Positions 26,701 through 38,700 of a stretch of DNA of 64,000 nucleotides are shown here, piece by piece; the stretch's first letter is position 1; each line of letters opens with the position of its first letter. The position numbers and the translations under genes were made by a program. The DNA lies in NCBI GenBank assembly GCA_038087875.1, contig CM075995.1, forward strand, positions 10,418,001 to 10,482,000, in the 5' to 3' direction. This DNA comes from Malacoraja senta (lineage: Eukaryota). The notes under the pieces are model-generated. The model worked only from the letters and a program-made list of their open reading frames with translations, searched no databases and was not told the origin of the DNA.

Positions 26701-29700
26701 AACCGAACACAACAATCTGGAGTTAAAGCTCTGTCCCACGGGTTTGCGGTCGTTGGCGGTGAAGCGCGGCGTCGCCGGAAGAGGGGACCGCACGGCAACC
26801 ACGAGAGCGCCGCACGGATGCTGCGCGGGGGGGGGCAAGTACGGCTGGTTCAACGAGCTTGCTGTTTCGGCTGATGACGTCTTTCGAATCGCTGGGCAGT
26901 GGCGGCGGCCGTTCCGCACACGTACCTTACTGGCGGAGGCTGTGGCGGTGCAGGTTCGACTCACGGCGCTCGTGCCTCACTGGCGGCGGCTGTGACGGCG
27001 GCCGTGCCGCACTCGTGCCTCACTGGCGGCGGCTGTGCGGTAGGGATATATTTTTGGACAGTGTTGTTTTTTTTTTAGCACCGTGAGGTGTTGGGAACAA
27101 CGCCACACGGCCCCGGAATTGTGCGTTTGACCGAGCCCGCGGTCTCTGGCGGCCCAGGAAGGGTAGATAGTTCCTGTTTCGCCCCAAATGACCGCAGACT
27201 CGTGAGACAGGCCTTTAACTCTGCGGGGGAGGATGCCGGAGTATCCACGGGAGCCCGCCACATCCCATGCACCTCTCATCAGTTCACCAGCGTAGGCCAA
27301 CAAACCAGCCCAGGAATATGATTTTTTTTAAAACGCGTTCTTATCCGTAGTGATCGAGATAGTGGAGTCTCACTTTCAAACATCTCTTTCAGCTGTGGAA
27401 CCGTTTATTCCGTTGCTTTGACGACACTTACCTTCAATTGTGATGGATTTATTGGTCGATATGTGAACATCTTTATTCCGGGCCATGATAAAATCTTGAC
27501 CCTGTGCGAGGTTGAGATCTTTGGTTCAAAACTTCCTTCCATCGATATCTCGTTAAAACAGGATACGAAACCTCCTTCCGCACATGAAAGGAAAAAGCTA
27601 ACCACCATCAATATCCATTCACTAAATGGAACGAAACTCCCGCCTTTATTTGGAAAGGAAACGACGCCCCAGTCCGTAAAGGGAACGATGCCCCAGTCCG
27701 CAAAGGAAACGGAAATACCGTACATACCTGGAATGAACATCCCGCCAAAAACCGGAAAAGAACGTGCGTTCGTACCGGGACCGAATCTACCATTGGGAAC
27801 TGGAACAGGTAGGCTCATCGCACCGCCAAGACGTCGAGGCATTCTCAGCCACGAAATATGTCACTGATACAATTTACGGTCAGAGAGAATCATGTTAGAC
27901 CGAGATTCAGTACCCTCTGACTAAAACAAATCCTCCTCATCTCCTTCCCAATGGCATGTCATCCTATTCTGAATCTGTGCGCTCTGGTCCTAGATTCCCC
28001 CACAACATTCACACTATCCAAGCCTTTCACTGTCCGATAAGTTTCAATGAGATCCCCAATAATCCATTATTACTCCAGCGAATACAGGGCCCAGAACAGT
28101 CAGAAGATCTCCATATGTTAACGTAATCATCCCACCGATCACTCTCGTAATCCTGCCCTTGACCCTCCACAATGCCAGCACAGCTCAGATATGGGGCCTA
28201 AAACTGTTCACAATATTCCAAATGCGCTCTGCCCACTGTCTTATAAAGCCTCCACATTTGACCCCTGCTTTAATATTCTAGCTCTCTGGATATAAATGCT
28301 AACATTGAATTTGCCTTCAATTGCGATGGAATTGTTGGTCCATATGTGAACATCTTCTTGCCGGGACAGGATACAATCTTAACCCTGTGCGAGGTTGAGG
28401 TCTTTACTTCAAAACGTCCTTCTATCCATTTCCCATTAGAACAAGGCACGGCAGCCCCGTCCGCACTTGAAACGAAAACGCACACTCCCGTCCAAATCCC
28501 GTCCGTAAAGGGAACGAAACTCCCGCCAATATCTGGAACGAAAATCCCGTCCGTAAAGGAAACGACGCCCCAGTCCGCAGAGGGAACGGTGCCCCAATCC
28601 ATAAAGGGAACGAAAAAACCGTCCATACCTGGAGCGAATATCCCGCCAAACACCGTAACGACACTTTCGCTCGTAACTGGAACAAATCTACCATCTGGAG
28701 CTGGAACAGGTAGGCCCAATGCCCCTCTAAGGCTGTGGTTGTAAACATTGGGAAATTCTCAGCCATGAAATATCTCACTAATACTGTTTCTGGACAGATG
28801 GACTCATGTTAGCCCGAGTTTTCCTAACATCTGGTTAAAACAAATCCTCATCATCTCCTTCCGAATAGTATGTCCTTTTATTCTGCATCTGTGCCCTCTG
28901 ATCCTGGATTCTCACACTACTGGAAACGTGCTCCCTACATTCACACTATCCAAGCCTTTCACTGTCCGATAAGTTTCAATGAGATCCCCAATAATCCATT
29001 ACTACTCCAGCGAATACAGGGCCCGGAACAGTCAGAAGATCTCCATATGTTAACGTAATCATCCCACCGATCACTCTCGTAATCCTGCCCATGACCCTCC
29101 ACAATGCCAGCACAGCTCAGATATGGGGCCTAAAACAGTTCACAATATTCCAAATGCGCTCTGCCCACTGTCTTATAAAGCCTCCACATTTGACCCCTGC
29201 TTTAATATTCTAGCTCTCTGGATATAAATGCTAACATTGAATTTGCCTTCAATTGCGATGGAATTGGTGGTCCATATGTGAACATCTTCTTGCCGGGACA
29301 GGATACAATCTTAACCCTGTGCGAGGTTGAGGTCTTTACTTCAAAACGTCCTTCTATCCATTTCCCATTAGAACAAGGCACGGCAGCCCCGTCCGCACTT
29401 GAAACGAAAACGCACACTCCCGTCCAAATCCCGTCCGTAAAGGGAACGAAACTCCCGCCAATATCTGGAACGAAAATCCCGTCCGTAAAGGAAACGACGC
29501 CCCAGTCCGCAGAGGGAACGGTGCCCCAATCCGTAAAGGGAACGAAAAAACCGTCCATACCTGGAGCGAATATCCCGCCAAACACCGTAACGACACTTTC
29601 GCTCGTAACTGGAACAAATCTACCATCTGGAGCTGGAACAGGTAGGCCCAATGCCCCTCTAAGGCTGTGGTTGTAAACATTGGGAAATACTCAGCCATGA

Positions 29701-32700
29701 AATATCACACTAATACTGTTTCCGGACAGATGGACTCATGTTAGCCCGAGTTTTCCTAACATCTGGTTAAAACAAATCCTCATCATCTCCTTCCGAATAG
29801 TATGTCCTTTTATTCTGCATCTGTGCCCTCTGATCCTGGATTCTCACACTACTGGAAACGTGCTCCCTACATTCACACTATCCAAGCCTTTCACTGTCCG
29901 ATAAGTTTCAATGAGATCCCCAATAATCCATTACTACTCCAGCGAATACAGGGCCCGGAACAGTCAGAAGATCTCCATATGTTAACGTAATCATCCCACC
30001 GATCACCCTCGTAATCCTGCCCTTGACCCTCCACAATGCCAGCACAGCTCAGATATGGGGCCTAAAACAATTCACAATATTCCAAATGCGCTCTGCCCAC
30101 TGTCTTATAAAGCCTCCACATTTGACCGCTGCTTTAATATTCTAGCTCTCTGGATATAAATGCTAACATTGAATTTGCCTTCAATTGCGATGGAATTGGT
30201 GGTCCATATGTGAACATCTTCTTGCCGGGACAGGATAAAATCTTAACCCTGTGCGAGGTTGAGGTCTTTACTTCAAAACGTCCTTCTATCCATTTCCCAT
30301 TAGAACAAGGCACGGCAGCCCCGTCCGCACTTGAAACGAAAACGCACACTCCCGTCCAAATCCCGTCCGTAAAGGGAACGAAACGCCCGCCAATATCTGG
30401 AACGAAAATCCCGTCCGTAAAGGAAACGGCGCCCCAGTCCGCAGAGGGAACGGTGCCCCAATCCGTAAAGGGGACGAAAAAACCGTCCATTCCTGGAGCG
30501 AATATCCCGCCAACCACCGTAACGACACTTTCGTTCGTAACTGGAACAAATCTACCATCTGGAGCTGGAACAGGTAGGCCCAATGCCCAGCTAAGGCTGT
30601 GGTTGTAGACATTGACAAATTCTTAGCCACGAAATATCTCACTGATACTGTTTCTGGACAGATGGACTCATGTTAGCCCGCGTTTTCCTAACACCTGGTT
30701 AAAACAAATCCTCATCATCTCCTTCCGAATAGTATGTCCTTTTATTCTGCATCTGTGCCCTCTGATCCTGGATTCTCGCACTACTGGAAACGTGCTCCCT
30801 ACATTCACACTATCCAAGCCTTTCACTGTCCGATAAGTTTCAATGAGATCCCCAATAATCCATTACTACACCAGCGAATACAGGGCCCGGAACAGTCAGA
30901 AGATCTCCATATGTTAACGTAATCATCCCACCGATCACTCTCGTAATCCTGCCCATGACCCTCCACAATGCCAGCACAGCTCAGATAAGGGGCCTAAAAC
31001 AGTTCACAATATTCCAAATGCGCTCTGCCCACTGTCTTATAAAGCCTCCACATTTGACCCCTGCTTTAATATTCTAGCTCTCTGGATATAAATGCTAACA
31101 TTGAATTTGCCTTCAATTGCGATGGAATTGTTGGTCCATATGTGAACATCTTCTTGCCGGGACAGGATAAAATCTTAACCCTGTGCGAGGTTGAGGTCTT
31201 TACTTCAAAACGTCCTTCTATCCATTTCCTATTAGAACAAGGCACGGCAGCCCCGTCCGCACTTGAAACGAAAACGCACACTGCCGTCCAAATCCCGTCC
31301 GTAATGGGAACGAAACTCCCGCCAATATCTGGAACGAAAATGCCGTCCGTAAAGGAAACGACGCCCGAGTCCGCAGAGGGAACGGTGCCCCAATCCGTAA
31401 AGGGAACGAAAAAAACGTCCATACCTGGAGCGAATATCCCGCCAACCACCGTAACGACACTTTCTTTCGTAACTGGAACAAATCTACCATCTGGAGCTGG
31501 AACAGGTAGGCCCAATGCCCAGCTAAGGCTGTGGTTGTAGACATTGACAAATTCTCAGCCACGAAATATCTCACTGATACTGTTTCTGGACAGATGGACT
31601 CATGTTAGCCCGCGTTTTCCTAACATCTGGTTAAAACAAATCCTCATCATCTCCTTCCGAATAGTATGTCCTTTTATTCTGCATCTGTGCCCTCTGATCC
31701 TGGATTCTCACACTACTGGAAACGTGCTCCCTACATTCACACTATCCAAGCCTTTCACTGTCCGATAGGTTTCAACGAGATCCCCAATAATCCATTACTA
31801 CTCCAGCGAATACAGGGCCCGGAACAGTCAGAAGATCTCCATATGTTAACGTAATCATCCCACCGATCACTCTCGTAATCCTGCCCTTGACCCTCCACAA
31901 TGCCAGCACAGCTCAGATATGGGGCCTAACACTGTTCACAATATTCCAAATGCGCTCTGCCCACTGTCTTATAAAGCCTCCACATTTGACCCCTGCTTTA
32001 ATATTCTAGCTCTCTGGATATAAATGCTAACATTGAATTTGCCTTCAATTGCGATGGAATTGGTGGTCCATATGTGAACATCTTCTTGCCGGGACAGGAT
32101 AAAATCTTAACCCTGTGCGAGGTTGAGGTCTTTACTTCAAAACGTCCTTCTATCCATTTCCCATTAGAACAAGGCTCGGCAGCCCCGTCCGCACTTGAAA
32201 CGAAAACGCACACTCCCGTCCAAATCCCGTCCGTAAAGGGAACGAAACTCCCGCCAATATCTGGAACGAAAATCCCGTCCGTAAAGGAAACGACGCCCCA
32301 GTCCGCAGAGGGAATGGTGCCCCAATCCGTAAAGGGAACGAAAAAACCGTCCATACCTGGAGCGAATATCCCGCCAACCACCGTAACGACACTTTCGTTC
32401 ATAACTGGAACAAATCTACCATCTGGAGCTGGAACAGGTAGGCCCAATGCCCTGCTAAGGCTGTGGTTGTAGACATTGAGACATTCTCAGCCACGAAATA
32501 TCTCACTGATAATGTTTCTGGACTGATGGACTCATGTTAGCCCGAGTTTTCCTAACATCTGGTTAAAACAAATCCTCATCATCTCCTACCGAATAGTATG
32601 TCCTTTTATTCTGCATCTGTGCCCTCTGATCCTGGATTCTCACACTACTGGAAACGTGCTCCCTACATTCACATTAACCAGGCCTTCCACTGTACGATGT

Positions 32701-35700
32701 TTCAATGTGATACCCAATGATCCACCACTACTCCAGCGAATATAGGGTCCGGAGAAGTCAACAGATCTCCATATGGTATACCAATCATCCATGGGATCAG
32801 TCTGGTAATCCTCCCCTGGACCCTCTACAATGCCAGTACATCCCTCCTCAGATATGGGGACCAAAACAGTTCACAATATCCCAACCGCGCTCTGCCCAGT
32901 GCCTTATAAAGCCTCAGCATTTGACCCCTGCTTTTATATTCTAGCTCTCTGGATATAAATCCTAACAATGAATTTGCATTCCATAATACTGGTTCAACTT
33001 GCAAATTAACCCTTTGGGAATCCAGCACCAGCACTCCCAAATCCATTTGCACCTCTGATTTCTGAATCTCTCCCACATTGAAAAACACTCTGCACTTTTA
33101 TTTATTTTTCCAAATTGCATGATCACTCAATTTGTTATGATGTCTTCCATCTGCGACTTATCTGCCTCTCTCCCAACATGTCCAGGTCATTCTACAGACT
33201 CGCTGCTTCCTCTGCATGACCTGGCCCTCCAGTTATCTTTGTATTATCCGCAACATTAAGTTTGGGTAAAACTTAATATCCAAACAAAGGCATTAATTCC
33301 ATCATTCAAATCATTGATATACCACGTGCAAAGTGACGGACCCAACACAAAACCCTGTGAACACCGCCACTCACTGGCAACCAACCAGAAAAAAAACATT
33401 ATTCCCACTCTTTGCCTTCAATACAGCCAACGTGCTATCCATGCTGGTATCTTCCCTCTAATTCCACGGGATCTCGCCGTTACCCGACGACAGAACGGTC
33501 CTCCCTTGAGTTGTAGTGCAATCTCGATATTTTAACCTGCCTCAGCGCGGTTCTCAGACTAATGTTCTCTAGCCCTATTGCTATGATACTATAACACCAC
33601 ATTATACAATTTATTGTTTTATTTCTACTTTACCTGTTGCTCTTCTGTGCGCCTTCATTGCACTGATGCACATTACGAATTGATTGTATTGTACAAAGAA
33701 GTGTTTACACTGCATCTCGCTTCACTTGACCACACTAAAGCAGAACGAATATCAATGAAACACACTGATGACCCAAACCCTGATAGCAGGACAACATCCA
33801 TTGGTATTAAATCTCCCCCTTTCGGCTCATGTGAGGTGTTTCCCACCCAACAGAAAACGTGGCGTTGGAAAGAAGTTCGACCCAGTCCAGCATGGATCCA
33901 CGGGCGGGTGCTGAGCGAGCCAATGACGGGAACAGCGACAGCGACTTCAGGCATGGTTCATGCGCGCGCACCATTAAATCGAAGAACCCTTGGTGGAGAG
34001 TCGATCTAAAGGAAAGCTACAACGTGTCTGATGTAAGAATCACCAACAGAGCAGACTGCTGTTCGGAGCAGCTCCAAGGAGCAGAGATCCGCATCGGGGA
34101 CTCGCTGGAGAACAATGGCAATTTCAACAGACTGTAAGTATACATAAGCGATCGCCGAATCTATTCACCTGTGGTGGCTTATTCTGCAAATGCCACTGTT
34201 ACTGGAGCAATGATCACATGAGTGGGTGAAAGAGAGAGATGCTGCGGGGTACGTATGATTTCACTGCAGATAAAATTAAATATTTGCTCCACCGCTCAAG
34301 ATGCGTAACAGAACGTTACAGAGCCGTTGTCCTCTTATCCAAATGCATGAGTTGCTGCATTATCGCTTTTGCGATGGGGTCAATGAAAGGAGGTCAATAA
34401 ATCTGTAATTGAATTCAAGTGCTATAATATTAAAAAATCGAATTGCAGTGGCAATGTTCAAGTCACCAATGCCTATGAGTGAGAGATCATGTAGTCTCTA
34501 TCCAGTCAATGATCCCTATGTATCGGAAGGAACTGCAGATACTGGTTTAAACCGAAGAAACCGAACACAACAATCTGGAGTTAAAGCTCTGTCCCATGGG
34601 TTTGCGGTCGTTGGCGGTGAAGCGCGGCGTCGCCGGAAGAGGGGACTGCACGGCAACCACGAGAGCGCCGCACGGATGCTGCGCGGGGGGGGCAAGTACG
34701 GCCGGTTCAACGAGCTTGCGGTTTCGGTTGATGACGTCTTTCGAATCGAGGGGCTGTGGCGGCGGCCGTGCCGCACACGTACCTCACTGGCGGAGGCTGT
34801 GGCGGTGCAGGTTCGACTCACGGCGCTCGTGCCTCACTGGCGGCGGCTGTGATGGCGGCCGTGCCGCACTCGTGCCTCACTGGCGGCGGCTGTGCGGTAG
34901 GAACATATTTTTTGGTGTGGACAGTGTTGGGTTTTTTTTAGCACCGTGAGGTGTTGGGAACAACGCCGCACGGCCCCGGAATTGTACGTTTGACCGAGCC
35001 CGCGGTCTCTGGCGGCTCAGGAGGGGTAGGTAGTTCCTGTTTCGCCGCCAATGACCGCAGACTCGTGAGACAGGCCTTTAACTCTGCGGGTCAGACACCA
35101 CTGCTGGAGAAAATAAATAGGTGACGTTTCGTGTCAAGACCTTCCTTCAGATTGAACTGAGTCTGAAAAATGGTCTCGATACGAAACGTCACATACTATT
35201 TTTCGCCAAAGATGTTGTCAGAGCCGCAAGGCAACCTATGTATCCGGATCTGCTTCTGCTCCGAGCCATTTGTTCGGAACACGAGCAAGTGGATACGATG
35301 CCGGAGGTTACGTGGGAGCCCCACATTTCCCCGGGACCTGTCACCAGTTCGCTCTCACAGGCCTGGAATAACCTTTAGCACGCTGCCTTGCAGCATTATT
35401 GTGAGATTGACGTCTCACCTTTAAATCCTCATAATTTCAGCTGTGGAATCTTTGAATCAGTTTCGGGGACTTCAATTGTGGAGGATCTGTCGGTCGATAT
35501 GTGAACGTCATCATCACAGGCCCGGATAAAATTTTGACCCGGTGCGAGGTTGAGAATTCCACAAGTTCACAACTCTCTGGGTGAAAAAGTGTTTCCTCAT
35601 CTCTAAATGGCCTAATTCTTATACGGTAGCCCCTGGTTCTGGACTCCCCCAACATCGAGAACATGTTTCCTGCATCTAGCGTGACCAATCCCTTAAAAAT

Positions 35701-38700
35701 GTAATATGTTTCGATGACATAACCTCTCATCCTTCTAAATTTCAGTGAGTACAAGCCCAGTCGCTCCATTCTTTCAGCATATGACTGTCCCGCCATCCCG
35801 GGAATTAACCTCGTGAATCTATGCTACACTGAATCAATGGCAAGGATGTCGTTCCTCAAATTAGGAGACCAAAACTGCACACAATACTCAGATGTGGTCT
35901 CTCCAGGGCCCTGTACAACTGCAAAAGGACCGCTTTGCTCCTGTGCTCAACTCTCTTTATGAAGGCAAACATGCCATGAGATTTCTTCACTGCCTGTTGT
36001 ATACCTCCTTGCTTACTTTCAGTGACTCATGTACAAGGACACCCAGGTCTCGTTGTACTTTCCATTTTCCCAACTGGACACCATTCAGATAATAATCTCC
36101 TTCCCTTCTCTAACTTCACATTTATCCACATCATACTGCATCTGCCACGCATCTGCCCACTCACCCAACCTCCTCACAGCATCCCCCACACAGTTCACAC
36201 TGCCATCCAGCTTTGTCACATCTGCAAATTTGCTAATGTTACTTTTAATTCCTTCATCTTAATGATTAATATATGTTGTAAAAAGCTGCGGTCCTAGCAC
36301 CGAGCCTTGCGGTACACCACTAGTCACTGCCTGTCATTCTGAAAGGAACCCGTTAATCCCTACTCTTTGTTATCTGTCTGCCAACCAGTTTTTCTATCCG
36401 TCAATACTCTACCCCTGATACCATATGCTCTAATTTTGCCCACTAATCTCCTGTGCTGGACCTTACCAAACGCGTTTTGAAAGTCCAGGTACACTACATC
36501 CACTGGCTCTCCCTTGTCCATTTTACTTGTTACATCCTCATAAAATTCCAGAAGCTTTGTCAAGCATAATTTCCCCTTCGTAAATCCATGCTGACTTGGG
36601 CCGATCCTGTTACTGCTATCCAAATGTGCCGCTATTTCATCTTTGCTAATCGACTCCAGCGTTTTCCCCACCACCGGTCAGGCTAACTGATCTATAATTC
36701 CCTGCGTTCTCACTCCCACCTTCCTCCAAACGTGGGATAACATCAGCTACCCTCCAATCCCCAGGAACTGATCCTGAACAAATGGAACATAGGAAACTGA
36801 TCACCAATGCTTCCACGATTTCGAGAGCCACTTCCTTGAATACCCTGTGATGCAGACAATCGGGCCCTGTGGGTTTATCAGCTTTCAGTCCCTTCAGTCT
36901 ACCCAACACAATTTCCTGACTAATATGAATTTCTTTCAGTTCCTCCATCAGCCAATATCATCTGTCGCCAAGTACATCTGGGAGATTGTCTGTGTCTTCC
37001 TTCGTGAAGACAGAACCAAAGTACCCGTTCAACTCGTTTGCCATTTCCTTGTTCCTTGTTCACCTGTTTCTGTCTTCAAGGGACCTACATATGTCTTAAT
37101 TATTTTTATCCTCTTCACATACCAAAATAAGATTATACTATCCTTCTTTATATTGTTGGCTAGCTTACCTTCGTACTTTATCTTTTCTCCACGTATTGCC
37201 TTTTTAGTTATATTCTGTTGTTCTTTAAACGTTTCCCAATCCTCTGGCTCCCGCTCATCTTTGCTATGTTATACTTCTCTTTAATGTTTATACTGTACTT
37301 GACTTTCCTTGTCAGCCACAGTTGCCTCTTACTTCAGTTAAAATCTTTCTTCCTCTTTGGAATGTAATGATCCTGCATCTTCTGTACTATTCCCAGAAAT
37401 ACCTACCATTATTGTTCCACCGTCATCCCTGCTAGGGTTCTTTTACAGAAGTTGGCCAGCTCCTCCCGCATGGCTCCATAGTCCCATTTGTTCAACTGCA
37501 ATACTGACACTTCCGATTTTACCTTCTCCCTTTCAAATTGCAGATTAAAACGTAGCATATTATGGTCACATCCTCAGTCACAACCTCCTAATGGTTCCTA
37601 CACCTTGAGTTCCCTAGTCAAATCCGGTGCATTACATAAAACTACATCCAAAATAGCTTGCTCTCTGGTTGGCTGCTCCAAGAATCCATCTCGGTGGTAC
37701 TCCACAAACTCCGTTTGTTGGGGTCCAGTACCATCCTGATTTACCTAGTCGACCTGCATGTTGAAATCTCCCATAATCGCCGTTATATGACCTTTGCGAC
37801 ATGATCATTTTAACTCCTGATGCAATTTGCCACATATCTGCAGGCTACTGTTTGGGGGCCTGTACATAACTCCCATTCTGGTATTTTTACCCTTACAATT
37901 TCTCAGATCTATCCTCAATGACCCTACATCTTCTGATTCTATGCCACCCCTCGCAAGGGATTGAATTTCATTCCTGACCAACGGAGCCACCCCACGCCCT
38001 CTGCCCACCTGTCTGTCTTTTCGATAGAACGTATACCCCTGAATATTCAGTTCCCAGCTCTGATCTCCTTGCAGCCATGACTGTAATACCCACAACATCA
38101 TACTCACCAATTTCTAGCTGAACCTTAAGTTCTTCCACTTTATTTCTTGTACTTCGTGCATTTATATATAACACGTTTAATTCGGTATTCACCTCTCCTC
38201 TCCCACCGAATACTTTTTCACCTAACCTTACACTCTTATCCCTTCCTGAACTTTCCGTCCCATTAATTAGGGAGTCTTTCGTAACTTTTCCTGGATTCTC
38301 TTCCCCTTTAACCCCATCCTCATTCTTCAATTTGCAACCCCCCTTCCCCGCTGTTTAGTTTAGTGTAATCAGTCTGATGAAGAGGCTCGACCCGAAACGT
38401 CACATATACCTTTTCCCCAGGGACGCTATCTGATCAGTTTCTTCTTATCGAGTCCACACACAAGATTAGAAGTTGTTCAGCCAGTTGAACACACGTCTCG
38501 GCATCTGCATACAATGTGTCTGTCTTGTGTTTCTTGTGCTTCTTGTGCGTGATGGTGGAAAGATTGGTGAAACAGGGCCGTGACGTGAACGCTCTTTCCT
38601 TGACACTGTCTGCCCAGCAAGTCTACCCATGTATCAGGGACCTCTACTGTTCCTAGCCATCTGTTAGGAACACGAGCAAGTGGATACGATGCCGGCTATT

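Noticed and set aside
26551..27303. Arg-rich ORFs in the GC-rich island
   Set aside because: A by-product of MITE composition; frames differ among the three copies.
28282..32437. CRISPR-like repeat-spacer array
   Set aside because: Units are whole 932-bp duplications with no unique spacers and no cas genes.
38438..38605. Short unique insert next to the palindrome (copy near 56369)
   Set aside because: No termini, TSD or coding signal could be supported; left unclassified.
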